Source: an uncultured Chthonomonadaceae bacterium (GTDB taxonomy: Bacteria > Armatimonadota > Chthonomonadetes > Chthonomonadales > Chthonomonadaceae). From it: a stretch of 64,000 bases of DNA. Each line of letters starts with the position of its first letter. The stretch's first letter is position 1. The notes below the pieces were generated by a model. The model was not told where the DNA came from. It saw only the letters and a program-made list of their open reading frames with translations, and did not search any database. Made by a program: the position numbers and the translations under genes. This document shows, piece after piece, positions 30,199-39,950 of the stretch. The stretch lies in contig CAWFQB010000007.1 in NCBI GenBank assembly GCA_963817895.1, positions 140,413 to 204,412 on the forward strand, given 5' to 3'.

Positions 30199-30662
30199 TC
30201 AAATCACGCCGCGCTCTTTGAGTGAAATCCAGCGGTTGTCGCCGATAACGATGTGATCCAGCAGGTCAATGCCGATAAGCTGGCCCGCCTCGTACAAACG
30301 TTGCGTAATGCGCTTGTCTTCCGGGCTGGGCGTGGGGTCGCCGCTCGGATGGTTGTGCGCGATGATGAGAGACGCGGAACTGGCGAGGATCGCATCCTTG
30401 AAAACTTCGCGGGGATGGACGAGGCTGCTATCCAGAATCCCCACGCTGACCGTGATAATCTTCATCACGCGGTTTTTAGAATCCATCAGCAGTGATTTTA
30501 GATGTTCCTTCTTCAAGTCGCGCATTTCCGGCATCAGCAGGTTCGCCACATCCTGCGGGCTGCGGATGCACGGGCGTTCCTCGTTGCTCAGAGCGGACAG
30601 GCGCTTGCCCAGTTCCACAGCGGCGATAATCTCCACCGCTTTCACCGGACCGATTCCTTTGA
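30199..30662 (-). pseudogene. radC: RadC 3' portion, interrupted at the HhH motif
   Basis: KGIGPVKA...ELGKR, VHPREVF, HNHPSGDPTPS.ED, LLDHIV; the N-terminal part is missing. Confidence 0.9.
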
Positions 30663-30691
30663 CAGAGGGGCATGTACTGTACCGGTCAAAG
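30657..30691. other. Probable prophage attachment site
   Basis: radC similarity stops here; inverted arms ctttgac...gtcaaag. Confidence 0.55.
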
Positions 30692-30935
30692 CATTAGCAC
30701 ACACTTGTGGAAATGGGTTGGTTCAAGTCTGCGCCTCCTACTTGCGCGCTTACATTTCAATTCAAGTAGAACCAAAACACGTTTAGATAGCCCAAGTTGC
30801 TACCTAGATTTAGCAATCTCGAAGGTTCAAGCGCAAAGTGCTACATTTGACAAGTCGCTATGCCAAAAGTGGTTAGAGGTAGCATCTTGGGTAATCAATG
30901 TTATCAAGGGGAGATCACTGTCGTAGGTGGTGAAA

Positions 30936-32043
30936 TCAGCCGATAAGTCTTAAGGTGACATCATCCTGCGTGTAAGTGCGTTGCGGCGCAGGCTCGGCAG
31001 GCTTGGGCAAGTACGCTTGTACTGTCGGCATGATAACCAACAGATTTTGTGTGGACAGATGCAGACTTCGCGCAAAGTCTGCGGGCGACTCCTGTTTGGC
31101 AGCCATGCTGTCAAAAGCCATCTTGTGCAGCAGCGAGTGTTCGCGTGGGATCGCAACCGGCTCTTTCATACGCCAGCCATTCATGGAAAGCTGTTTGAAT
31201 GCCTTCTCGTAGTACCAGTCGTCAAACAGTCCCAAATCGCGCCCGCGCCGAATCATAGCCTGAATAGACACCTTCCAACGTGCTCTTGAGACGCAGATAC
31301 TCATTAAATGCCGGAAGCCGTGGCGACTTGTAACGGAACTGTTCGGCAGGCATCAAGAAAGCGGCGGCAAAGGCGTTGGCCTCGTCTTCAATTTGCGGGC
31401 CATCCACTTCGACTGCATGGCGATGCAACACCAAATGTCCAAGTTCGTGCGCAGCATCAAAGCGCGCTCGGTCGCCTGCCTGCGTATGGACGTTGAGAAG
31501 CACATAAGGAATATCGTTGCGCCACAGGCAGAAAGCGTCCAGATTGGAAATCGGTTCGCCCGTCCAGTACACTTCCACGCCCTTACTTTCCAGCAGATGC
31601 ACCATATTGTGAATGGGGCCTAATCCTAACTGCCAGGCGTCGCGCAACAGCTGCGCGGCCTGGGTGGGCTTCTCCTGCGAGAGATCGGGCAGGTTTTTGA
31701 CTGGCATTTGAAAACGCTGCCCCAGACGCGGGGATATAATTTCGGTAGCAAGCGCGCCTGTAGCACGGGCTTTGCCCCGATGCGCAGCTTTGAGGGAGTA
31801 GCGCGAACGGAAACTCACGACCTGCTCATTGGGCAGCTCTATCGGCCCGGCAGAAAAGAAGGTTTCGGCAAAGTCCAGACGAAACGCCATGCGGCGCACT
31901 ATTTCAGGCGGTGGTATACGCTTGCCTTCCTCATAGTACGTGATACTTTGCGCCGACAACTCCAGTTCTTCGGCAAGCGTTTTGCGGTGAAGCCCCGCGT
32001 ATTCACGCGCCAGCGTCAAGCGCTTCCCATAAAAGACGGACAC
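30936..32043 (-). CDS. XRE-HTH fused to ImmA/IrrE (peptidase M78) metallopeptidase (apparent frameshift ~31290)
   Basis: N-terminal HTH; RFDAAHELGHLVLH; EDEANAFAAAFLMP; W.VS..AM..R in the second frame. Confidence 0.85.
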
Positions 32044-32055
32044 ACGATTTTCCTC

Positions 32056-32778
32056 CTATCCTTTGGTTCCGGTTTGGTCGTCCTGTTCCGGTTGTCGGTT
32101 TCCTTCACTCCCCTCATGAGGCTTCTCCGGGAGTATAAACGTGCTAGGCGTACTGTCGGGCTGATGTTCCTGCGAAACAGGAGCTCGGTACGCGCTCATG
32201 TCTATCGCGCCGAGGAACTCAATGTCGCAGCAGTAATACTCGCCTTTGCGGATGATGCGCGTAGGAACAACGGCATAAATGCGGAGTTGGTTCTGTTTTG
32301 TGCGCTGACTAACGATCATCACATTGAGCGCGCGAATCAGCGGCGGCTGTGCCCCGTGCAAATCTTCCAGAGGTATTTGCGTCTGTCCCTCCGGGTCCCA
32401 AGAGTGATTTGCTAGAATGAACCGCTTGGTGACAATCCCCTTCCTCTCTCCCAGAAAGACATGTTTTCCCTTGATCTCACCCGTAACAACGATGAAGGTC
32501 GTTTGAATGTCATTTTTAGGTGGCGCAAGCAGGCGGGGTTGATTCATTTCGGGCTTGTAGAGATACCCTAAATCGTAGGTTTCCTGTGCCAGATATTGAC
32601 AACGATAACTCCAGCTATCGAAGCCAGGCGCAGTAGGGGGATAGAATTTGGTTTCTGCGCGCAACAAACCGATGTAATCGCCGTGCGGCATGGCTCTGCG
32701 AATGGCGCTCAACAAAAGCGGATCGTCACGAACCATGTCCAGTGGAAGCGGTACATCTTCAGGAAGCGCTAACTGCAT
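32056..32778 (-). CDS. Hypothetical protein upstream of HTH-ImmA
   Basis: Long ORF operonic with the HTH-ImmA gene. Confidence 0.6.
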   Translation of the reverse strand: MQLALPEDVPLPLDMVRDDPLLLSAIRRAMPHGDYIGLLRAETKFYPPTAPGFDSWSYRCQYLAQETYDLGYLYKPEMNQPRLLAPPKNDIQTTFIVVTGEIKGKHVFLGERKGIVTKRFILANHSWDPEGQTQIPLEDLHGAQPPLIRALNVMIVSQRTKQNQLRIYAVVPTRIIRKGEYYCCDIEFLGAIDMSAYRAPVSQEHQPDSTPSTFILPEKPHEGSEGNRQPEQDDQTGTKG

Positions 32779-32886
32779 AAGGCGTGTTCTCCAGTCGAGT
32801 ATTTTCACACAGTATACAGAAAAAGTTTGAAAAAATCAACAGTGGTATATTTGTCTACGTTTGCAGGATGTGTAAGTTCCCATACC

Positions 32887-33099
32887 TTACTTCTCAAAGA
32901 GATCGCCAAACGCATTGAATTCTTTCGCCGCACCCACAGGACGCAGCCATTGTCGGGCGGCGTCCTTGCCGTAAATGCTTTGCCAGCCATCCGGCCAGGT
33001 GACATGCGCCTGACCGCCGGGGGTAACATGCGTGACGCGCCCCTGGGTACGCTCCCGTTCCGCGTCCTGTACCAGATTGCCGACATAGGGCCGGTTCAC
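32887..33099 (-). CDS. Phage hypothetical protein
   Basis: Translationally coupled small ORF. Confidence 0.55.
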   Translation of the reverse strand: MNRPYVGNLVQDAERERTQGRVTHVTPGGQAHVTWPDGWQSIYGKDAARQWLRPVGAAKEFNAFGDLFEK

Positions 33100-33383
33100 G
33101 CTTGTACCTCCTGTGGAAGCGGGTAGTCGGGAAAGTCGGCTTCACGCTCCAGCCGGCTCACGCCGACCGCGTACTGACGGCCATCCTCATCGAAGCGTAC
33201 CAACGCCTGCCCGTTGCTCTCGCTTTGCGTTACAATGCCGCGCTTCCCATCCAGTTTCGGATCTGGGGTTGTCAGTATCACGCGGGTTCCCTCGGTCAGC
33301 ATGTTCATCTCCTTTTTAGCCGCTTCCTCTTCACGCAGGAACTGCTCAATCCACTCGTCTAAATCGCCTGTCTCATCAAACAT
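33096..33383 (-). CDS. Phage hypothetical protein (SH3/KOW-like)
   Basis: GTRVIL...GKRGIV...ALVRFD. Confidence 0.55.
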   Translation of the reverse strand: MFDETGDLDEWIEQFLREEEAAKKEMNMLTEGTRVILTTPDPKLDGKRGIVTQSESNGQALVRFDEDGRQYAVGVSRLEREADFPDYPLPQEVQA

Positions 33384-33430
33384 GAAAACCTCTTGCCGGG
33401 GAAACCGCCCCGGCTCGGTGTTCGGTCAAG

Positions 33431-33796
33431 TTACGCGGCGAAGCGGTTGTCGCGTAGGCCGCAGGCCAGTTCCAACAGGCGCAGGTCGCTGTTGACCTGC
33501 TGTACGCGCAATCGCGCCGTTTCGATTTGAAACTTCAGCACCGCCTTGCGATTTTCAAGCCGCTGCACGTCGCGCAGTTCCGCGCTTGTCAGGGAGGCTA
33601 ATTTCGCTTCCCGCTGCTGCTCGTTTTTGCCGAGGTCAGCCGGTTCAATTGTCAGAATGAACTGCGTCCGGGCGTTCGTCAGCGCGGTTTGCGCTTCCAC
33701 GAGGTCAGCCTCCAGCGTCGCCGCTTCGCACAGGAGGGTCGTCAGGCTGTTGTACGCGCTATCGTTTTCCATAGCCACCTCATTCACGGTTTTCAT
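33431..33796 (-). CDS. Phage coiled-coil hypothetical protein
   Basis: aagga RBS; helical composition. Confidence 0.6.
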   Translation of the reverse strand: MKTVNEVAMENDSAYNSLTTLLCEAATLEADLVEAQTALTNARTQFILTIEPADLGKNEQQREAKLASLTSAELRDVQRLENRKAVLKFQIETARLRVQQVNSDLRLLELACGLRDNRFAA

Positions 33797-33839
33797 CAGA
33801 GTTCCTTTCCCGCGTGTCGGATGCGCGGCCCCCACTTTG

Positions 33840-34073
33840 TCAGCCCCGGTAACGCTCTTCAATGCAAGGGAAAAACGCCTCTGCCTGCTGCTGCGTCAAC
33901 TTGTCGCCGCGCTCGGCCACGAGGGTTTCCGCCTCCTCTTTCGGCATGTCCTCGGACGTTGCGCCGATGTAGGCAGCCCAGTCGCACCCCTCATGGATAA
34001 CCGCCAGAATGGTGGCGCGTTGACCGCGCATGTGGAAGTGCAGCGGGATCGTCGTTTTGTCGTGTTTTGCCAA
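33840..34073 (-). CDS. Phage hypothetical protein
   Basis: aggag RBS before TTG; DWAAYIG...GDKL. Confidence 0.6.
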   Translation of the reverse strand: MAKHDKTTIPLHFHMRGQRATILAVIHEGCDWAAYIGATSEDMPKEEAETLVAERGDKLTQQQAEAFFPCIEERYRG

Positions 34074-34082
34074 TTCTAACTC

Positions 34083-34361
34083 CTATTCTCTCGCAAACAT
34101 TTGAACTGCTTCCGCGTCGGAAAGGGGTTCGTCTCGCTGCATCAGGGCTTGCATTTCGGGCAGTGTGTGCCAGGGTTTCGCGCCGACAATCGCGCATAAG
34201 AGGAAGTGGCCCCTGCCGGGAAATCGCGCTTCAAGGGATTGTTCCGCTGCGGCATACCCGCGTCGGCACTCCTCATTCGTGAAGTTGTGTCGCCTGTCGT
34301 CATACCCTGCTTTGAACTTGCCTTTGAATTTGTACTTGCCTTCCTGCGCGCCTTCCTGCAT
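34083..34361 (-). CDS. Phage hypothetical protein
   Basis: First gene downstream of an operator-bearing promoter. Confidence 0.55.
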   Translation of the reverse strand: MQEGAQEGKYKFKGKFKAGYDDRRHNFTNEECRRGYAAAEQSLEARFPGRGHFLLCAIVGAKPWHTLPEMQALMQRDEPLSDAEAVQMFARE

Positions 34362-34395
34362 CTGCTTGCCCTTCCCTGCGTGTTATACTTATATA

Positions 34396-34413
34396 CTACC
34401 TAACGCTAGGTAG
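34396..34413. promoter_or_regulatory. 18-bp palindromic operator
   Basis: ctacctaacgctaggtag; related copies at 35272-35289 and 35339-35356. Confidence 0.7.
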
Positions 34414-34480
34414 AACAGGAAAAGAAAAATAGGGAATTTCAGATTATTTTGAAATTCCCTTTCGCGTTCAGGTGTTCAGG

Positions 34481-34744
34481 TTAGCGGTTGCGGCTCAGGT
34501 ATTCGGGTTCGGGCGCGCCATGAAAGCGGGGCGGCATCGGGCAGGTACAGGCGTCGCCGTGATTGCGGCAGTTCGGGCAGAACCCGTGTTCATCCTCTTC
34601 CGGCTGAACGTAGCCGCCTTTGGGCCATGACAAGTTCATTCCGGCACAGGTGACAACAATCGGCAGCGGGGCGTCCAGCGCGAGGGCGGCTGTAACAAAG
34701 CGACGGCGGGGGCGAATCGTAACCATTGTTTTTGTTCCTTCCAT
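34481..34744 (-). CDS. Phage Cys-rich hypothetical protein
   Basis: CPNC...CTC. Confidence 0.45.
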   Translation of the reverse strand: MEGTKTMVTIRPRRRFVTAALALDAPLPIVVTCAGMNLSWPKGGYVQPEEDEHGFCPNCRNHGDACTCPMPPRFHGAPEPEYLSRNR

Positions 34745-34845
34745 TGGGTAAAATGGAACCGTTCAGCTCGCAAGGTTTGAACGGTTCCCGGTTTTCGGGA
34801 GGGGCTTAGGGGATGTTATCAGCATCATCCTAAGCCCTCTTTTGT

Positions 34846-35220
34846 TTACAGCAGGTAGTCAACCCCTGCCGTACATTCGGCCTCTTCGATGAGTTTGTAG
34901 GCCGCTTCAAACTGCGCGATGGCCGCTGTTTCCTTTTGGATTTCTTCCCATGCCAGCGTATGTTTGCAGTAATCGTTGTGCTTTGCGAAGTCGGGGCAGC
35001 TACAACCATTCTTGATTTCAGGAGCGGAGAAGTTTTCGTGAATCCAGTAGGAGGGAGCATCCTGCGCGTCGGTGGGTTTGCGGACGGCCACCAATTTTAC
35101 CGGGCTGTCGGGAAGCGTGCATTCGATGAATTGGTAGCCCTCTTTGAGAAGAGACTGGGCTTTTGTCCACGAGTTGGCGAGTCTGCGAATGGCGGTCAGG
35201 TTGGTGGGTTGGCTGTTCAT
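34846..35220 (-). CDS. SWIM zinc-finger protein
   Basis: CSCPDF....CKH motif. Confidence 0.8.
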   Translation of the reverse strand: MNSQPTNLTAIRRLANSWTKAQSLLKEGYQFIECTLPDSPVKLVAVRKPTDAQDAPSYWIHENFSAPEIKNGCSCPDFAKHNDYCKHTLAWEEIQKETAAIAQFEAAYKLIEEAECTAGVDYLL

Positions 35221-35271
35221 TTCGGTTCCTTTTCGATGCAGAAGGTGTCTGCGCGTTGTTATACTCTCATA

Positions 35272-35362
35272 CTACCTAGCGTTAGGTAGAACCGGAAAGC
35301 GACGCGGAAAATAAATAAATATCTTTTTCCGCTTGACACTACCTAGCGATTAGTTGTATACT
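35272..35362. promoter_or_regulatory. Divergent promoter region with two operator copies
   Basis: ctacctagcgttaggtag; rightward TTGACA-[ctacctagcgattagttg]-TATACT. Confidence 0.7.
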
Positions 35363-35386
35363 TGCGAGACACAGGAGGGAATCAAG

Positions 35387-35631
35387 ATGAGCCGTGAAGC
35401 AGGGCAGGAAATGCAGAACCCGGATGAGGAAACGCGCCGTAATGCCGCCCGCGTTCTGGGCAGCATCAAACGGAGAAACGCGCCGCCGCCAGTCGGGAGA
35501 ACGGCAAACAGGGTGGGGTCCGCAATCCTACGGACGACTACCGCGCGAAACTCAGTGCCGGCCAACAAGCCCGCCGCGAACGGGAGCGCCTCGCCAAACT
35601 GGGAACGGGAACGGAGGAGCCTGCAAAATGA
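35387..35631 (+). CDS. Small basic phage protein (apparent frameshift ~35470)
   Basis: Repaired reading AARVLGSIKTEKRAAASRENGKQGG; ggaggg RBS; stop overlaps the next start (ATGA). Confidence 0.55.
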
Positions 35632-35894
35632 AGATGTACGCGAACTTGAACGACTACGCCGACCACATGCGCCAGGAAACGGGTTCGATCCTCGCCGGTC
35701 TGTGCCGGGAACTGGGGCCGGAGCATGACATCACGCTGCGCGTCGCCGGTCTCTGCACCGAAGCGGCCACCGTGTTAAATCAGCGCCAGATGCAGCAGGA
35801 GAGCGGGGACGCGGAACGGTACAACCTAACGGCCCTGGTGGTGGACCCGGAGACGGCGAGCAACTCGGAGACGGGGTGGGAACAGGAGGACTAG
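35628..35894 (+). CDS. Phage hypothetical protein
   Basis: ggagga RBS; MKMYANLNDY start. Confidence 0.6.
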   Translation: MKMYANLNDYADHMRQETGSILAGLCRELGPEHDITLRVAGLCTEAATVLNQRQMQQESGDAERYNLTALVVDPETASNSETGWEQED

Positions 35895-35898
35895 CCTT

Positions 35899-36099
35899 AT
35901 GGGGATGTATTCGGTCGTATGGCGGCGTTTGTTGGGCGTGGTCAGTTTGTCTATCGGCCTGCTCCTGGGAATTCTCATTTTGAAGGCGGAGTTGTTGGGA
36001 GCGCAGGGACACCGAGATTTTCGCGCGCTGATTATGCCGGTACTGCTGATCGCAGTCGGCGCGAACTGGATGCGCGGCAAGACGGTACATTTGAAATGA
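35899..36099 (+). CDS. Small two-TM membrane protein
   Basis: Two hydrophobic segments; aggagga RBS. Confidence 0.6.
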   Translation: MGMYSVVWRRLLGVVSLSIGLLLGILILKAELLGAQGHRDFRALIMPVLLIAVGANWMRGKTVHLK

Positions 36100-36215
36100 A
36101 ACCCGAACAACCCCCAAGGCCGGAGGAAGCGCCGCTCCTGTGTCCTATCTGCCTGCACCCGATTCCCTACAGCAAGAAGTTGCAGTGTCGGCGTTGCGGC
36201 TACATGCCGGGTTGA
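36096..36215 (+). CDS. Tiny zinc-ribbon protein
   Basis: CPIC...CRRC; ATGA overlap with the upstream stop. Confidence 0.45.
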   Translation: MKPEQPPRPEEAPLLCPICLHPIPYSKKLQCRRCGYMPG

Positions 36216-36260
36216 AGCAATGGCGAAGGCTGCTAGTCTGGCAGCAGGAGTAGACTACGG

Positions 36261-36920
36261 ATGCATCCCACGAACGCCGAACTTTCCCGCCATTTGCGCC
36301 CGCGCCGGCCTTCGCGCTGGTACGGACTTGCCGCGCTGACGGTTATAACAGGCTTTTGCTCCGTCGTACCCCGCGCCGTATCCTTTGCGGCGGACGGACG
36401 GTTGAACGCCTTGCGCCCTGTGCCGTCGGATGCAAGCCTGCGCCACTCCCTGCTACTTGTCGCGCGCCCGAAAGTGGAGGCGCTGCGCCACAAACTCAGC
36501 AAACGCGGGGCTGTCGGCGAAAGCAATGGCGTGTTTTTTCGCGCTCCTGAATGTCAGGTCGGCAGTATTGCGGGCAGCCGGATCACGCGCAACGGCCCCA
36601 CCATTGCGGGACTGGTGACGGTTTCCTGCGTCTGGAAGTCTACAGCAGAGCGGACGTTTCGGGATCAGGATGAGGCGGAACAGGCGGAGTTGACTGAGCG
36701 CGAACCGGGCCGGTTGCGTCTGACGTTCGCGTGGACAGAGGGCAAGTGGCTGTACAAGGGCGCAAAGAAAGAGATGAGGGACTTGTACCGCCCCGACAAC
36801 CCGGCGACATTTTGCGTCTGCATGTTTCCCATTGGCGATGTAGAGCTGGATACCTACAAAGGAGATCATCATGTCACTCAATGCTGGTTTTGTGAAAAGA
36901 AATCGGGAAATCACAATTGA
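36261..36920 (+). CDS. Hypothetical exported protein
   Basis: aggag RBS; signal-like N-terminus. Confidence 0.45.
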   Translation: MHPTNAELSRHLRPRRPSRWYGLAALTVITGFCSVVPRAVSFAADGRLNALRPVPSDASLRHSLLLVARPKVEALRHKLSKRGAVGESNGVFFRAPECQVGSIAGSRITRNGPTIAGLVTVSCVWKSTAERTFRDQDEAEQAELTEREPGRLRLTFAWTEGKWLYKGAKKEMRDLYRPDNPATFCVCMFPIGDVELDTYKGDHHVTQCWFCEKKSGNHN

Positions 36921-37914
36921 AGAGTGTAATACAATGTTTAAGTGCGGGAAATGAAGACGTCTCGACCTTTGTTCAGTTCCCCCTCAACATCAGACGAAAT
37001 ATGAGCCTGATAGGTCTCGATCCACGCTGTGGGGACTGTGAATCCTGTTACGCTCGCATGGCTGCAGCACCGACGGCTCTCCAAGTGCGCCGTGAGGTAT
37101 GCGGGCTTTTCTTCGGCTCTTGTTTTTCTATGGACCTGATGCGTCTGCGAAGGCGTACTGCGTAAATCGTCGCTGTTATCGCGCGCATTTGGGCTAGCAA
37201 GCCGGACGCCCTGCTCTCCAGCGCGTGAAAGCCAGCCATTCCTACAAAACCAACGTCGGCGACATCCTGAACGCCTGCCCATGCCCGTCTATTGGAAATG
37301 GCTCCAAGTTGAGGAGTACCGCGAAGGGCATCTGCGGTTCCTGCTCTCCATCGGCGATACGTCGCGTGTATGCCCCGACACAGAAGAGGACATCGTGAGA
37401 GATCCTGCGCTTTTTTAATCATAATCTGCGCCATGCTCTTATTGGCTTTAATGATATGGTTGCCGTTACATGAGGCAGGAGTCAATGGACGTCTTGCGAT
37501 AGACCAAGCGGAAATCGAAGGCGGCTGCGCCTGGTGAGTTTTATTCTTTTTTGGTAGCCGGTCGCAACTTTTAGTATATACTGCAAAAAACATGGAGAAA
37601 GGAAAGATGAAGCGATGTGGCATCACAGTTATTGTTACGGATGCCGCTGAAGGCGGATCGACGTGGATGTCAAGGAGTGACCAGTACACTCATTGACGTG
37701 GACATGGCGGACTTGTGCTGGTTCTTGGAGACGGGGCTGCGGATGGATCCGACTCGGTATTGATGAATAATCCGCATACATGCGACACAGTAGAATTCCT
37801 TGCGCTACTCTTCGTGTACTCGTGTGCTTCCCTCTCTTCCCTTCTCGTGTACACCTCTCTACACTGAAAAAAATACCTGAGTTTTCTTTCCTGTTTCACC
37901 GACAACAAGGGTGA

Positions 37915-37934
37915 TTTGGCATGAATCTTGCAAT
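37915..37934 (+). promoter_or_regulatory. sigma54 (-24/-12) promoter, copy 1
   Basis: TGGCAT-N5-TTGCA; identical 20 bp at 41299-41318. Confidence 0.6.
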
Positions 37935-37988
37935 AGCCAAGTTTATAACCCCATTTTAGAGGTAGCCCCGCCTCAGTTGGAAGTTCCG

Positions 37989-39950
37989 ATGCCCACGACC
38001 AAAAATGAACGTCTCACCGAGCAGATCGTAAGAAACATACTGCGACAACTTGGATATTACGACATAGTAAATAACATTCTTGTGGAGGAGCAGAAGAGTA
38101 CAATTGAGGCAGTCAAAAGACTCCTCAAGAGTGCCAGCAAGTCGGGCAAAGGGGGAACCGGAGCGCCTGAGTTCATCATCAGCTCTCTCACAGCACCTGA
38201 CTTCTTAATCATTATCGAATGCAAGGCCAGTACGGGGGATCAAGCAAGTCTACTCTACAAGAGTTCTTCACTGTTGGACGTGGATGCAGAAGAACAAGAG
38301 ACGCCTGAGCAACAGGCCAAACGCATTCAACGCTATGCCGTAGATGGGGCATTACACTACGCACAGCAGTTGTCGAAAGCGTTCAATGTCATCGCCATTG
38401 CCATCAGCGGCCAAACAGAAGATGAAGTAATCGTTTCCACTTTCCTCCATCCTAAAGGCGCTTACAGCCCCAAAAAACTGCTGACCAAAGACCAGCAACC
38501 TATTAATTGTCTTATCTCGTGGTCAGATTATATAGCCCATGGCACCTATGACCCGACTGTTCAGAAACTGCGGTTCGATGAACTTATGGCGTTTTCAAGA
38601 GAACTCCATGATTTCATGCGCAATTATGCGAAATTGACGGAAAGTGAAAAACCGCTTGTCGTCAGTGGGACGTTGATTGCACTGCGCCACAAACCCTTTG
38701 GCCATTCGTTTGAACAGAACTCCCCCGAGGATCTGCAAAGCGCATGGATGCACGTTATTCGCACGGAGATTCAGAAGGCTCACATACCCAACTCAAAGAA
38801 AAGGGAGAGTATGGTGCAGCCCTATTCCAGCATTGCCGTACACCCTGAGCTTGGAAAATCCACAAAGGCGTATCCAAAAGGGATATTACATGAACTAATT
38901 TCTAGGCTTAATGAAAAGGTTTACCCCTTTATCAGTATTTACCATGACTTTGATGTGGTGGGACAGTTTTACGGTGAATTCCTGAAATATACCGGTGGGG
39001 ACAAGAAGGCTTTAGGGATTGTCCTCACTCCACGTCATATTACGGAATTGTTTGCCTTACTTGCGAATGTCAACAAAGATAGTACCGTTCTAGATATATG
39101 TGCGGGAACAGGAGGATTTCTCATTTCCGCCATGATGCAGATGATGCGTACAGCCCAGACGAAAGAGGAAGAAGAGCGCATCAAGTCTGAAGGACTCGTA
39201 GGGGTAGAGCAGCAGCCAAATATGTTTGCTCTGGCCGCATCGAATATGATTTTACGTGGTGATGGGAAAGCCAATCTCTACCAGGGCGACTGCTTTGATG
39301 ATGAGATCATTGCACAAATCAAAAAACACCGATGCGACGTTGGATTGTTGAATCCTCCCTTTTCCCAGGGCGAGTCAAGCCTACACGAATTATATTTCAT
39401 CAAGCAACTACTGACTTGCCTTGAAAAAGGTGGCACAGGCGTCGTTATAGTTCCCATGTCCTGTGCGATCAATCGTCATCCTGCCAAGGCAGAGCTTCTT
39501 AAAGAACATACTTTAGAGGCCGTAATGTCTATGCCGGATGATCTGTTTTACCCGGTGGGTACAGTAACTTGCATCATGGTTTTTACGGCTAAAATTCCTC
39601 ACGCTCACAGCAAACGCAAAACATGGTTTGGCTATTGGAAACGCGATGGTTTTCTAAAGACAAAGCATCGAGGCCGTATTGATGTCTCAGAGAACTGGGC
39701 TACTTTGCGTGACAAATGGGTTGACCGATTTCGGAATCGCGAGGTGCATGCGGGCGAAAGTGTCATGCGAATGGTGACAGCGGATGATGAATGGTGTGCT
39801 GAAGCCTATATGGAAACGGACTACGGCACCATTACTCAGGGCGAGTTCGAGAAAGCAGTGAGGAACTACGCGATATACCGCTTACTCGGTACGTCCCCTC
39901 ATTCATTGGATAATGAAGAGATCGTAGATGAGGTTATGCAGGATGCCTAA
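37989..39950 (+). CDS. BcgI-like type IIB restriction-modification alpha subunit (nuclease + N6-adenine MTase)
   Basis: N-terminal PE...IIECK nuclease motif, LTPRHI, VLDICAGTGGFL, NPPF. Confidence 0.8.
   Translation: MPTTKNERLTEQIVRNILRQLGYYDIVNNILVEEQKSTIEAVKRLLKSASKSGKGGTGAPEFIISSLTAPDFLIIIECKASTGDQASLLYKSSSLLDVDAEEQETPEQQAKRIQRYAVDGALHYAQQLSKAFNVIAIAISGQTEDEVIVSTFLHPKGAYSPKKLLTKDQQPINCLISWSDYIAHGTYDPTVQKLRFDELMAFSRELHDFMRNYAKLTESEKPLVVSGTLIALRHKPFGHSFEQNSPEDLQSAWMHVIRTEIQKAHIPNSKKRESMVQPYSSIAVHPELGKSTKAYPKGILHELISRLNEKVYPFISIYHDFDVVGQFYGEFLKYTGGDKKALGIVLTPRHITELFALLANVNKDSTVLDICAGTGGFLISAMMQMMRTAQTKEEEERIKSEGLVGVEQQPNMFALAASNMILRGDGKANLYQGDCFDDEIIAQIKKHRCDVGLLNPPFSQGESSLHELYFIKQLLTCLEKGGTGVVIVPMSCAINRHPAKAELLKEHTLEAVMSMPDDLFYPVGTVTCIMVFTAKIPHAHSKRKTWFGYWKRDGFLKTKHRGRIDVSENWATLRDKWVDRFRNREVHAGESVMRMVTADDEWCAEAYMETDYGTITQGEFEKAVRNYAIYRLLGTSPHSLDNEEIVDEVMQDA

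Noticed and set aside
36917..37908. ORFs on either strand upstream of the RM system
   Set aside because: No recognisable motifs or consistent frame; may be degraded or miscalled cargo
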